Shown here in pieces: positions 40,200 through 50,743 of a stretch of 64,000 bases of DNA. This DNA comes from Escherichia phage Ecwhy_1, in sequence record MH791411.1, one strand, 5' to 3'. The notes under the pieces were generated by a model that worked only from the letters and a program-made list of their open reading frames with translations, did not search any database and was not told the DNA's origin. A program made the position numbers and the translations under genes. The stretch's first letter is position 1. Each line of letters begins with the position of its first letter.

Positions 40200-41609
40200 T
40201 TAGCTACGTTGACGCTTTTTGTCAGCTTCATATTCGTAGTGTACAGTTTCGCCAAATGGTGCTTGTTTGTTAGGATTACTGTGGATAACAAACAGTGTCT
40301 TACAGTAATCAGGATCACCCCATGACTGCCACGGCTCACCATCTGTAAACATAATAAGCTGTTTAGGCTTATAGTTGTCATGCTTCATATGAACCCATAC
40401 TGCTTCAAAGTCAGTACCACCACCACCTTTCACTGGATATTCGAGAATCTTACTCTCTTCACCAGTTTTGTAATCTTTCACAGTATAAACTTCAGTATCG
40501 AACGTCATGATACGGATTTTAAATTGTTTAAACTGCTTAGTGATACCCAGTACTTCACTGATGAAATCACGGAGCATATCTTCAGAGATAGAACCGGATG
40601 CATCTAGTGCAATTGCAATATCAATATCATCATCTGGTTTCATACCAGGGAAGATTGGATTCCCGTAGAATGAACCAGAACTACCAAAACCAGCACCCCA
40701 TGAACGACGATTAGGATTTTGATAAGTTGCATCAGACTTCAACCAGCTACGCAGTGTGCGGTGAAGTTTGGAACGCCAGTCAATCTTAGGTTCTTTGAAG
40801 TTGTTAATCATACGTGCGATTTCAGCAGGAGTACCACCTGCACGAGCAGCATTCATCATTGCTGTTTTGAAATCATCCATATAATCACGTTTTTGTTTAT
40901 CACTTGAACCACCTTCTTGACCTTCTTGTGGAACGTCATGCTGGTCGATTGTTGTACCTTTGCCTTTACCATCTTTGATATCACCAAAAGTACCGCGTGA
41001 TTTACCTTCACCCTCACCACTACCAGCCTGTGGATTTCCTTCACCTTCTCCGTCTTGATCCTGCTTATCTTCTTCTTCGAGAATGTTATAAATCTCTTCA
41101 GCAGTCATACCATCGTACTTTTTATCGTACAGCCATTGGCTTTGGATTTTACCAATTTTATCACGAACAAGAATCTGGTTAATTGCATAGTCAGCAGCAC
41201 GGTTATAACGCTGCGGGTCACGCATACCACGACGCAAGAAGTGGTCATATGCACAGTGAAGAATCTCATGACAGATAACTGCAATCAGGTTTTCATCGGT
41301 CAAACCTTCTGTCATTTCTTTAAGTTGTTCTTCAGTTACTTCAGGATGTTTCTCACGAATTGCTTCTTCGTATGCTGACTTTTTGGATTGGTCCTGAATA
41401 CCCATGATGAATTCTACGTTGTAGAATAAATGCTTACCATCTACAGCCAAAGTACGACACCATGTGTTGTTTGCAACTGGACGCAGACGAGAAGCCAGTA
41501 CACCAAAGAATGGGAATGTTAGCATTAAAGATGTGCGAGCTAAGATCAGACGATCTTGACATTCTTTCTGGAGAGCCGGAGTAACATCACTGAAACGTTT
41601 ATCTGACAT
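40200..41609 (-). CDS. VWA-domain protein with N-terminal HExxH metallopeptidase-like domain (MoxR partner, DUF2201-like)
   Basis: HEILHCAYDH motif in the N-terminal half and MIDAS motif DASGS in the C-terminal half; directly downstream of the MoxR-like ATPase. Confidence 0.75.
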   Translation of the reverse strand: MSDKRFSDVTPALQKECQDRLILARTSLMLTFPFFGVLASRLRPVANNTWCRTLAVDGKHLFYNVEFIMGIQDQSKKSAYEEAIREKHPEVTEEQLKEMTEGLTDENLIAVICHEILHCAYDHFLRRGMRDPQRYNRAADYAINQILVRDKIGKIQSQWLYDKKYDGMTAEEIYNILEEEDKQDQDGEGEGNPQAGSGEGEGKSRGTFGDIKDGKGKGTTIDQHDVPQEGQEGGSSDKQKRDYMDDFKTAMMNAARAGGTPAEIARMINNFKEPKIDWRSKLHRTLRSWLKSDATYQNPNRRSWGAGFGSSGSFYGNPIFPGMKPDDDIDIAIALDASGSISEDMLRDFISEVLGITKQFKQFKIRIMTFDTEVYTVKDYKTGEESKILEYPVKGGGGTDFEAVWVHMKHDNYKPKQLIMFTDGEPWQSWGDPDYCKTLFVIHSNPNKQAPFGETVHYEYEADKKRQRS

Positions 41610-41635
41610 TTGTATTTCCTCGTTTAGTTAAGATA

Positions 41636-41661
41636 AAAGAAGGATACCATGTGGTATCCTC
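41636..41661 (-). terminator. Hairpin/terminator between the MoxR and VWA genes
   Basis: GGATACCA-CA-TGGTATCC near-perfect palindrome followed on the minus strand by UUCUUUUAU; may act as an attenuator within the operon. Confidence 0.45.
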
Positions 41662-41684
41662 CTTGTCAACACTCTTTTTAATTA

Positions 41685-43013
41685 TTAACCAAGAGAGCGT
41701 GCTTTACGTACTAGGTCAGAGTACTTCATAACGAAGTCTTTAAACGCTGGTACATCTTTAATCGTAATCGCTACTTTATGAAGCGTGATGGTACGAATCG
41801 CCAGTACTGCCAGTTCTGCTTGAGTTGCAGAGAAGTTATGGTCTAGGAAGGTGATGAAGTTGTTGCACAGCTTACCCCAATCTTCCACTGGTAGACGTTG
41901 TTCTTGCTTCTCATTGTAGAGGTCGATAATTTTGTAAACCAGATTCAGAGTGATGAAGTAGTTCGCGGAAATATCAAGCGAAGCATCAATCTCTTTAATC
42001 TCACCCTGTAGGATGGACATGGTATCTGGTAGTTTAGCTACGTTATCAACATACTCGATGTATTCAGTTGCTACGCCTTCACCAACACGACCTGCAATCA
42101 TCGCACGGAACACTTCTTTATCAATGTTCTTAACTTTCTTCAGATCTTCGTAGCGTGCTACTGCTTCCCATGAACGTGGAGAAGTACCACCACAGTGAGA
42201 AGGATCTTGTGGGCTAAGGGTGTTGAAGTGTTTAGCACCAGTGTTGTTGATGAACGCTACAGTTGCTGGGTTCAAACGCTTACCAATCGCATAATCGTTA
42301 ATCCAATCTTGATGATAAGGAATCATTTCGATGTGGGTCATACGGTCACGCAGTGGTGTAGCTAGAGAGAACGTTACACCGCCATCAGTTTCACGGTTAC
42401 CTGCTGCGAGAATCAGTGCAGTCTTAGGTAGCTTCATCTCACCAACACAACGGTCGAGGATTAGCTGATAAGACGCTGCCTGTACAATCGGCATTGCAGA
42501 GTTGATTTCGTCAAACAGAATAACACCTTTCCAATCTGGAGACAGTTTCAGTACTTTAGGTGCTGCCCACACAACTGCTGTTTCAGCGATGTAATCTTGT
42601 GCACTAGCCAGTTCAGATTCAATCAGTTGCTTACCATCCATATCAAGGAACACTTTCTCTGGAACTGGGATACCGCGAAGGTCACTTGGTTCAATCTGAG
42701 ACAAACGGAAATCGATAAAGTTAGTGTCTTGGTCGATTAGTTTGGCTTCAAACGCTGCCAGTTCACGGCGAAGTTGATCAGCATTTTCAGTATCAGCTTC
42801 GATTTGTTGTTTCATGAACTCAATTTTTGCCACGTTATCTTTACGCAGTGGGTAGTTCTCATCAGCGTATTGACGTGCGATAGCAGATTTACCGATACCA
42901 GGGCTACCCCAAATCATCAGGCTATCTTGAATCATGTCAGCCAGTGCCATTGCTTCTTTAGCTTTCTTAGGAGTCAGTTTTACGTTCAGGATATCGTTGT
43001 TTTGAGTAGACAT
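41685..43013 (-). CDS. MoxR/CbbQ-type AAA+ ATPase
   Basis: Walker A GSPGIGKS, Walker B ILFDEINSA, sensor AAGNRE; RBS AAGGAAA upstream of the ATG. Confidence 0.8.
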   Translation of the reverse strand: MSTQNNDILNVKLTPKKAKEAMALADMIQDSLMIWGSPGIGKSAIARQYADENYPLRKDNVAKIEFMKQQIEADTENADQLRRELAAFEAKLIDQDTNFIDFRLSQIEPSDLRGIPVPEKVFLDMDGKQLIESELASAQDYIAETAVVWAAPKVLKLSPDWKGVILFDEINSAMPIVQAASYQLILDRCVGEMKLPKTALILAAGNRETDGGVTFSLATPLRDRMTHIEMIPYHQDWINDYAIGKRLNPATVAFINNTGAKHFNTLSPQDPSHCGGTSPRSWEAVARYEDLKKVKNIDKEVFRAMIAGRVGEGVATEYIEYVDNVAKLPDTMSILQGEIKEIDASLDISANYFITLNLVYKIIDLYNEKQEQRLPVEDWGKLCNNFITFLDHNFSATQAELAVLAIRTITLHKVAITIKDVPAFKDFVMKYSDLVRKARSLG

Positions 43014-43053
43014 GTATATTTTCCTTTTGTTGGATAAAATCGTTTAGGTTTCT

Positions 43054-43082
43054 ATTATAGCCAATCCGTGGGCAAAAGTAAA
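43054..43082 (-). promoter_or_regulatory. Candidate proximal promoter of MoxR operon
   Basis: Minus strand reads CTTTAC-N17-TATAAT; -10 at 43054-43059. The -35 is weak. Confidence 0.35.
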
Positions 43083-43123
43083 GGAACTGTGTTAAAAGAA
43101 TTTTTAACTTATCAGTTCCTTTG
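43080..43123 (-). promoter_or_regulatory. Long inverted repeat in the MoxR 5' leader
   Basis: Perfect 10-bp arms AAAGGAACTG / CAGTTCCTTT separated by a 24-nt AT-rich, itself partly palindromic, loop. Confidence 0.4.
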
Positions 43124-43184
43124 TTACTTCATGAATCATCCGTGTATTTAAAAAGGCATTTCTCTTTGCCGTCTTGATGTGGTC

Positions 43185-43212
43185 ATTATATCACATCGTT
43201 CAGGCTTGTCAA
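43185..43212 (-). promoter_or_regulatory. Sigma70-type promoter (tandem copy 1)
   Basis: Minus strand reads TTGACA-N16-(TGTGa)TATAATGACCAC; -10 at 43185-43190, -35 at 43207-43212. Confidence 0.6.
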
Positions 43213-43276
43213 CAACTTTTTTATTTCTTTTTCAATCTCACATCTTGTGATTTTGAAAACTTGCTTCGTGGTGGTC

Positions 43277-43304
43277 ATTATAACACATCATTCGGCGTTG
43301 TCAA
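43277..43304 (-). promoter_or_regulatory. Sigma70-type promoter (tandem copy 2)
   Basis: Minus strand reads TTGACA-N16-(TGTGt)TATAATGACCAC; about 45 bp is a direct repeat of copy 1, 90 bp away. Confidence 0.6.
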
Positions 43305-43329
43305 CATCTTTTTTTCTTTATTTTCGAAG

Positions 43330-43707
43330 CTACATGTGCATCGAAAATAACATTCTAAAATCATCACCACACAATGTTAACTCTGTAACTATCATTGCGT
43401 CCGAGAGGTATATGTACTGCCCTTCTACATAGTAGGGTGAAGTACATATCCTATCAAGCGATGTAAAGATTATAGAACTTTTGAACTCTCTTTGCAAGGG
43501 GATTTTTGTAAATTCGTAAAGAATGTTTTCTTTACAAATTGTATATCCAAACTTGCTAAGTCTTAAACCACCGCCAGTTCTGAAATTTTCAAAAATTGAC
43601 ATCAGAAGCATACGGTCTGTTAATTCAGCGTCTGATCCATGTACTTCTCTAACTTTTAAAAGTACATCGTTTTGAAATTCAGTACTGTTGTGTGGTTCAG
43701 GAATCAT
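43330..43707 (-). CDS. Hypothetical protein
   Basis: 125-aa ORF; no motif recognised. Confidence 0.5.
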   Translation of the reverse strand: MIPEPHNSTEFQNDVLLKVREVHGSDAELTDRMLLMSIFENFRTGGGLRLSKFGYTICKENILYEFTKIPLQREFKSSIIFTSLDRICTSPYYVEGQYIYLSDAMIVTELTLCGDDFRMLFSMHM

Positions 43708-43710
43708 AAA

Positions 43711-44103
43711 TTACATCCCCACGAAACCCTGTCTTGCTGCATATGAAGGAGCATCTTTAACTTTATAGTCTTGGACACCATCTTTACCAATTTTCGGACC
43801 CATATCTTTGGTTCCGAAGCAGCAATCAGTGGATTCATCAACTTCTTCAGTACTTTCATCATTATATCGAACATCCGATAAAATGTCACACGCTTTTTGA
43901 AGCTTTTCTACGATTTCTTTTTGATCTTCACCTGATTTAACCTTATCCACAATGTGGATAAGGCATTCGGTGATATCTTTAAGTAAATCGGTGGCAACAG
44001 CATCAGAAGGAGTCTCAACTGCAAAACTTTCTTCTTCAGTAGATTCTTCACTAGAAGTGATTTCATCTAATGCTTCAACCAATTCACGATAATTATATCC
44101 CAT
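43711..44103 (-). CDS. Acidic hypothetical protein
   Basis: 130-aa ORF rich in Glu/Asp/Ser (STEEESF, ESTEEVDEST). Confidence 0.55.
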   Translation of the reverse strand: MGYNYRELVEALDEITSSEESTEEESFAVETPSDAVATDLLKDITECLIHIVDKVKSGEDQKEIVEKLQKACDILSDVRYNDESTEEVDESTDCCFGTKDMGPKIGKDGVQDYKVKDAPSYAARQGFVGM

Positions 44104-44104
44104 C

Positions 44105-45097
44105 TTATTTGTCCCCTAGAAATTGTTGATATTTCTTCTGGAGACTTTCGAAAATGTCTTCGACTTCTTCATCGCTTTCATCTTCTAGTTCTTCGTTACC
44201 TTCCACTGACTCATCACTCTCATTAACATTGAGTGGGTTGTCACCTAGAGCAGTACCTGGAAACTTAGGTTCAAATTTGTGAACACGGTTCTCGTTACCG
44301 TCATTGTCATAGTACTCTGGTTCAGGACGATTGTCAACATCTTCATCAACGACACGTCTCCAGTAGAACTTGTTACCCTTGGTAATAACAACAAAGTGGT
44401 CACCTTCTACACCATTAGTTTTAGCTTGACCGTCACGAACAGCATCAGCTTCAGTGTTGTAAGGACCAAAATCAGTACTGTCACCTTGTTCTTCATCTTC
44501 AGAGATGGTTAGGTCTGGTAGGAAAGTGTTTTCTTCAACTTTAACTTCAGTATCTGGGTTACCTTCTACTGAATATTCATCTTCTGGTTCGTCTTGAAGA
44601 CCAGCTAGAGATAGCATACGACTGAAATCGAATTCTTCTTCGATGATTTCTTCTTCTTCTTCCTCTTCTTCAACTGATTCTAGTTGAGGTTGACCGGAAA
44701 GATCTAAAGAAAACTCTTCTTCATCTGCAACACCAGGCTCTTCGAACTCTGCATCCATACTTACTTCTTCAGAATCACCACCAAAATCACCAGCTTCAGC
44801 AGATAGTGAGTCAGCAGCTACTTCCAATGGGTCTTCAACTGGTGCATCAATCGCACCATCCATTGTACCACCAACTTCTTCTTCAGCACCCGCACCAATG
44901 GAATCCATGTCGAGTGGAGCGATTGGTGGTAGAGAAGGGGTCATAGACCCCATAGAAGGAACTGGAGCAGCAACAGGAGAAGCTTGACGCTCTGCTTGAC
45001 CAGCTAATGCAAGCATACGAGATAGTGTTTCTAGATCTTCAGATTCTAGACCTGCGATATCGATTTTAACTTGTGCTTCATTAATTTTTTTAGCCAT
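44105..45097 (-). CDS. Highly acidic protein with poly-Glu tract
   Basis: Contains EEEEEEEEIIEEEFDF and long Asp/Glu-rich segments; RBS AAGGA. Confidence 0.6.
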   Translation of the reverse strand: MAKKINEAQVKIDIAGLESEDLETLSRMLALAGQAERQASPVAAPVPSMGSMTPSLPPIAPLDMDSIGAGAEEEVGGTMDGAIDAPVEDPLEVAADSLSAEAGDFGGDSEEVSMDAEFEEPGVADEEEFSLDLSGQPQLESVEEEEEEEEIIEEEFDFSRMLSLAGLQDEPEDEYSVEGNPDTEVKVEENTFLPDLTISEDEEQGDSTDFGPYNTEADAVRDGQAKTNGVEGDHFVVITKGNKFYWRRVVDEDVDNRPEPEYYDNDGNENRVHKFEPKFPGTALGDNPLNVNESDESVEGNEELEDESDEEVEDIFESLQKKYQQFLGDK

Positions 45098-45119
45098 TTT
45101 AAATAAATCCTTTTAGTTA

Positions 45120-46673
45120 TCAATCATTCTTATTTAATGATTTTAAAATTTGCACTGTTTCATCCTTTTTACCAGATAGTAAAATGTCAGCAGCAATTAG
45201 AGAAACCTCATCACCACGCGTTAAGAGTACTGTAATTTTCTTAGCGTAAGGTGATTCTTTAATTCGTGAAGCCAATGATTGAACTTCATCACCAGGAGCA
45301 GGAACTTCAGGTTCTGGCTCTGATACAGGTTCTGGTTCTTTAGTAGGTTCAGCTTTTGGTTCAACTACATCAGTACTTGATACTTCAGCATCTACTTTCT
45401 CTTCAGGTTCTTCTTCTTTCTTATCAGCATGTTCTGCATCATAACGAGCAAGAATGTCATCAGCAGTTGATTTTGGAATCAATTTACCTTCTGCACTGAT
45501 AAAGCGGTTACCACCGATATAAGAATACTCTGTGCCTTTCTTAGATTTTACTTTAGTTCCGATTTTCATTGCACCAGAACTGTTATGGCGAATTATATCA
45601 CGTTGAGCAGCACGTTCAACACTTTTTGCAGCACTAGAATTTAGTTGTTTTTTAGTTTCTACATCAAACCATGCATTTTTTTGTTTAATGTATGTTTTAC
45701 CTTTATTTGAAGTAATGCGGTAACCATGTGGAACCACAACAGATTCAGTTTCTTCAATCTCTTCATCTGCTTCATTAATGGATTCTTTTGTTGCGAATAC
45801 TGGCTGTTTTACTGGTTGTTTAGGTTGTTCTGGCTTTTCACCTGAACCAAAACGTTGTTCACCTGATTCATGATCACCAGTTAGTGAAGGAAAATCACCA
45901 GGGTTAGCCTTAACAAATTGCTGATATGCATTAAAGATTACATGTGCATTTTGTTCTGGAATTACAACATTACCATCATTATCACAAAATTCTTTACCAT
46001 TCCATTCTGAACGAGTATTACCTTGTACTAATGTAGATTTAATTGGAATTAGTTTGTTTTTTGGTGCTAATTGGCGAGCAATACGCATACCTTCATCGGA
46101 AAGTTTACGTGTCATTGCTGGGTCAACTGGACGTCCAGATTTTGCATCAACAAAACGGTGATTTTTAGGGATGAATTTAAATCCACTAACTTCCATACCT
46201 GCTGGAATAGAAATATCATCAGCATATGGTGGAAGGATATAGAATTTTAGGGAGTTCCATTCTTTTTGTAGAGTTTCTTTTGAAACATTATATACACGGT
46301 GGTCATCTGCCATTAGTTCAGTGATAATTTCACTTTCAGTTAGTAGAATTCCATCTTTAGAATTGAAACGATTTTCACCAAGAAATGTACACTCTTTACC
46401 TTCAAGAATATATTTTTTACCAATTTTATATTCACTAGAAGATAGATTGTGCTCAACAATCTGTTGTCGAGCACTTGCGTACATGGATGGGTATTTTTTA
46501 GGGTCTACCATTAACATATTATTGTCGTTAAACCAGAAACCTTCTAGAAATACATATTTGCCACCAGTGTGAGAAGTATATACATATCCATTAGGTACTG
46601 TGGTAGTTTCAGTACTGAAAAAATTATCCATGTGTTGATTCTCCTTAAGAAAGCATACGCAAAAGTTGTTCAC
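45120..46673 (-). CDS. Hypothetical protein with internal sequence repeats
   Basis: Repeated modules (PNGYVYTSHTGGKYVFLEG / PHGYRITSNKGKTYIKQK; KIGKKYILEGKECTFLGENRF / KIGTKVKSKKGTEYSYIGGNRF) and a Pro/Glu-rich linker. Confidence 0.55.
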   Translation of the reverse strand: MNNFCVCFLKENQHMDNFFSTETTTVPNGYVYTSHTGGKYVFLEGFWFNDNNMLMVDPKKYPSMYASARQQIVEHNLSSSEYKIGKKYILEGKECTFLGENRFNSKDGILLTESEIITELMADDHRVYNVSKETLQKEWNSLKFYILPPYADDISIPAGMEVSGFKFIPKNHRFVDAKSGRPVDPAMTRKLSDEGMRIARQLAPKNKLIPIKSTLVQGNTRSEWNGKEFCDNDGNVVIPEQNAHVIFNAYQQFVKANPGDFPSLTGDHESGEQRFGSGEKPEQPKQPVKQPVFATKESINEADEEIEETESVVVPHGYRITSNKGKTYIKQKNAWFDVETKKQLNSSAAKSVERAAQRDIIRHNSSGAMKIGTKVKSKKGTEYSYIGGNRFISAEGKLIPKSTADDILARYDAEHADKKEEEPEEKVDAEVSSTDVVEPKAEPTKEPEPVSEPEPEVPAPGDEVQSLASRIKESPYAKKITVLLTRGDEVSLIAADILLSGKKDETVQILKSLNKND

Positions 46674-47190
46674 GCTGCTCTGGACTTAATTTTTGTAGAG
46701 CATCAGGGATACTAGAACCTTGTGCTTTTGGCTGTTCCTGTGGTGCTGGTTGTGGAGCATTGTCAGGTTGAGCTTGTGGTGCAGGACGTTGTTGTTCTTC
46801 ACCTTTATCATCATCACGATAATCATTCATCAAGTCACGTGCTGCTGCCAATAGAGCAGAACCAACATCTTTAGGAGTAAAAGTACGACGACTGTTATTT
46901 CCCAGGTGTTTTATATCAAGGTTATTTCCTTTGAAGAATTGTGCAACATCAGCATATGGTACTGATGGCTGTGCTTTACCGTATTTGCGACCAACATAGC
47001 GTTTAAATTCAGCCCAAAGACGGTTTGCTTCTGCACCAACTTCTTGTGCACCTTGTTCTACTTGACCACTACCGAAAAAGCCTTTTACTTTTCCTTTTGC
47101 ACTATCTACTGCACTTTGTGAACGACTATATGGACGAGCTTCATTTAGCTCTTCATCATTATAGTCTAACATTTCATTAAGTATACTCAT
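46645..47190 (-). CDS. Hypothetical protein
   Basis: 181-aa ORF with a Gln/Pro-rich C-terminal region; overlaps the downstream gene by 29 nt. Confidence 0.5.
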   Translation of the reverse strand: MSILNEMLDYNDEELNEARPYSRSQSAVDSAKGKVKGFFGSGQVEQGAQEVGAEANRLWAEFKRYVGRKYGKAQPSVPYADVAQFFKGNNLDIKHLGNNSRRTFTPKDVGSALLAAARDLMNDYRDDDKGEEQQRPAPQAQPDNAPQPAPQEQPKAQGSSIPDALQKLSPEQREQLLRMLS

Positions 47191-47193
47191 GTC

Positions 47194-47727
47194 TCAATCC
47201 TTTTTACCAAAACCAGCACTCATATATTGAGAGTATTTATTGTCACTTTTAACTGCTTCAATCGCATCTTTAACTGCGGTTACAGCACGTTCTTCACCAG
47301 CTAAATCATGGCTGTCTTCTGGTTTGCCAAAATCAACACCAATTACTGGTTCGTAATCGTCAAAGTCAATATCATCTTCGAGTTCGGTCATTTCTTGTTG
47401 ACGTGGTTCATCTTTACTACGTACACGGATTAGAGCTTCAGTCATACTTAGTAGGTTGCCAATTTCATACATTAGTACGTTTGATTGAACACCACGGTGG
47501 CATTTGAAATCAAACATCCAAATTTCACCACAATCTAATTCATAAAAATCTAGTGGTCTTTCCATGAAAATAGTTTTCTTTAGTGCACCAATATCAAATG
47601 CATCATAACGATCCATTAGGCGTTGTGATACTTTACTTAGTTGCTCATTGGTAGGTTCAACTGCAAACTTGACTCGGTATTCAAAAACTGGTTTTTTATC
47701 CGTTAGGATTTGTTGTAATCTATTCAT
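47194..47727 (-). CDS. Hypothetical protein
   Basis: 177-aa ORF; no motif recognised. Confidence 0.5.
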   Translation of the reverse strand: MNRLQQILTDKKPVFEYRVKFAVEPTNEQLSKVSQRLMDRYDAFDIGALKKTIFMERPLDFYELDCGEIWMFDFKCHRGVQSNVLMYEIGNLLSMTEALIRVRSKDEPRQQEMTELEDDIDFDDYEPVIGVDFGKPEDSHDLAGEERAVTAVKDAIEAVKSDNKYSQYMSAGFGKKD

Positions 47728-47754
47728 TTTAATAACTCCATAAGGTCGTTTAAG

Positions 47755-48771
<1,017 letters not shown>

Positions 48772-49866
48772 TTAAAAATCTCCTAATATGTTACCTAATC
48801 CGAATTTTGAGCTTGCAGAAGAAACGATGCTTCCTAAACCAATAGCATTTGCACCTCTTGTCACTGCGGAACCTATGTTTCGGATGGTATCAGGAGTAAT
48901 GTCACCACGAAGGATATCACCAGCACTACTGATTATATCACTAACTGATGTTCCTGCTCGGATAATTTTACCAACTGTCGAAATTCCTTTAGTTTTGTCA
49001 TCAAGTTCACCAAAGTACTTAAAGAATCCACTCACACCAAGACCTTCAGTATCGGTGATGAGTTGTGCAATTTCCATTGTAGGGACACCAATACTCAAGT
49101 ACCCTTCAGGACCAAAGTTGTTACACGCTTCATAACGCATAGTCAAAGATAATAGTGCTGGGTCACCTTCACTTTCCATAGATTTAGTTTCTAATTGTAT
49201 ATCTTCGATGAATACATTTATCATGTTATGAACTGTATAGGTTTCATTATCAATTTCATAGATATTAATTGATTTGAAAAAGTACTGGTTGTCGTAGTTA
49301 CCATTGTTCATTACAGAACGACCCCAGTTTCCACCTAAACCATTGAAATTTTCGGGTGTACTGAGTACGTCATTTCGGTAAGATTGTGGGTTCTTGTCAA
49401 AGAAGTCACCATAGTAGAACTTACGATATGCGTCCATTAGGAGATATCCAGCACCATCAACAGTATCGTAGAAGACAACATTACTTGGTTTATAAACAAT
49501 ATCACCAGTAACTAAACGTTTTTTGTTGTATTGGTTTACGGTTTCAACACTAAAAGAAAAACTAGGAAGTGTTACATCTTTTACAAAGCACGATACATTA
49601 TTAACATCAAAATCAGTATGTGTATCTGGGAGTTGGGTTTTAATAAAGTTCTTTGCGAACGGGGTTAGTACAAATTCGATAATAAAACTGTTCTTAAATT
49701 TTGGTAAATTATAGAATGAAAAACCCATTTCACCTGCTGTACCAAACACACGTTGTGCAGCGTTATAATTCTCAAAAGCTGGTTCTCTAATGATGTTGAT
49801 ATTGTCAATAACACCATTAACTATACTAGTTCCAGTACTGACAAATGAATCAAAAAAATCACTCAT
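48772..49866 (-). CDS. Putative tail-tube-associated baseplate protein (gp48/gp54-like, tentative)
   Basis: 364-aa ORF immediately downstream of the two tube paralogs; Ser/Gly-rich C-terminus; inferred from position and size only. Confidence 0.4.
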   Translation of the reverse strand: MSDFFDSFVSTGTSIVNGVIDNINIIREPAFENYNAAQRVFGTAGEMGFSFYNLPKFKNSFIIEFVLTPFAKNFIKTQLPDTHTDFDVNNVSCFVKDVTLPSFSFSVETVNQYNKKRLVTGDIVYKPSNVVFYDTVDGAGYLLMDAYRKFYYGDFFDKNPQSYRNDVLSTPENFNGLGGNWGRSVMNNGNYDNQYFFKSINIYEIDNETYTVHNMINVFIEDIQLETKSMESEGDPALLSLTMRYEACNNFGPEGYLSIGVPTMEIAQLITDTEGLGVSGFFKYFGELDDKTKGISTVGKIIRAGTSVSDIISSAGDILRGDITPDTIRNIGSAVTRGANAIGLGSIVSSASSKFGLGNILGDF

Positions 49867-49877
49867 GGGTTATCTCC

Positions 49878-50654
49878 TTATAATCCAATGCTACCGAAAA
49901 CACGGTCAATGATATCTAATCCTTGGTTTACGTTTTCAGGTAAAAGTGAATTTATTCTAGTACTGTACATTTCTTCGATATTATCGAATTGGATACAATT
50001 ATCAGGTTTTATTGTAATAACCATTTCAACAGGAGAACTTGAACTATAGTCAAGTGAATCATATGATATATTTTGTATAACACATCCTGTTAGTACAAAG
50101 TACTCCATAACGCCAGCACTATTGTATGATGAACCACCAATGAACTGATCAACAGCGTTGACTAATCCAGTATTGTTGGTAGCGGCAGTTGTTGCATTAA
50201 CTAATGTGTTTCTTCCCAAGTCTTCTAGTGTATCATCAGAGTTGCGACCATTCAACATCTGAATGACAATTCCGAACTTATATGAACCATAATCATGGTC
50301 AGTTCTGGAAGTAATTCTTCGTTGAAAATCTAATTGTTTCTGTAATTGTCTTGACAAGGCTTTTGCTGATGCATTACCAACTGAATCACGGATAGTTAAA
50401 GTAATTGGGTCCCAATCGTGACTACCAATGTAAGATGTATTTGTTGTAAATTGATATAGTTTATGAGTACTGAAAGTAACAGTAGGTCTATCAACTTTAT
50501 CAACATCTAATGCAATGTGATCACGCTCATCTATATCAGTACCGAAATTATATACAATAACACGAAATTTGTATTTTGCTTTCGGTTGTAACATTGAACG
50601 GTTACGTCCTGATGGTAGAGGAACGCCATATTTATTAATCATGTTATTTGCCAT
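49878..50654 (-). CDS. Tail tube protein paralog 2
   Basis: N-terminus YGVPLPSGRNRSMLQPKAKYKFRV matches tube paralog 1 (YGVPLAGGGRISMKQPKAKYKFRV); RBS AAAGAGG. Confidence 0.55.
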   Translation of the reverse strand: MANNMINKYGVPLPSGRNRSMLQPKAKYKFRVIVYNFGTDIDERDHIALDVDKVDRPTVTFSTHKLYQFTTNTSYIGSHDWDPITLTIRDSVGNASAKALSRQLQKQLDFQRRITSRTDHDYGSYKFGIVIQMLNGRNSDDTLEDLGRNTLVNATTAATNNTGLVNAVDQFIGGSSYNSAGVMEYFVLTGCVIQNISYDSLDYSSSSPVEMVITIKPDNCIQFDNIEEMYSTRINSLLPENVNQGLDIIDRVFGSIGL

Positions 50655-50688
50655 AGCAACCTCTTTTATTTTATAAGGTATTATACTT

Positions 50689-50694
50689 TATTTA
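50689..50694 (-). promoter_or_regulatory. Late-promoter-like TAAATA motif for tube paralog 2
   Basis: Minus strand reads gcTAAATAaa 34 nt upstream of the ATG at 50654. Confidence 0.35.
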
Positions 50695-50697
50695 GCA

Positions 50698-50727
50698 TAA
50701 AAAAAGCCCCGAACTAGTTCGAGGCTT
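50698..50727 (-). terminator. Rho-independent terminator after tube paralog 1
   Basis: AGCCTCGAAC-TA-GTTCGGGGCT hairpin followed by TTTTTTT on the minus strand. Confidence 0.55.
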
Positions 50728-50743
50728 ACGTTTAAAAGAAAAA

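Noticed and set aside
50680-50685. TATAAT hexamer upstream of tube paralog 2 as a sigma70 promoter
   Set aside because: No -35 element, and the TAAATA late-type motif at the conserved ~34-nt distance explains the region better.
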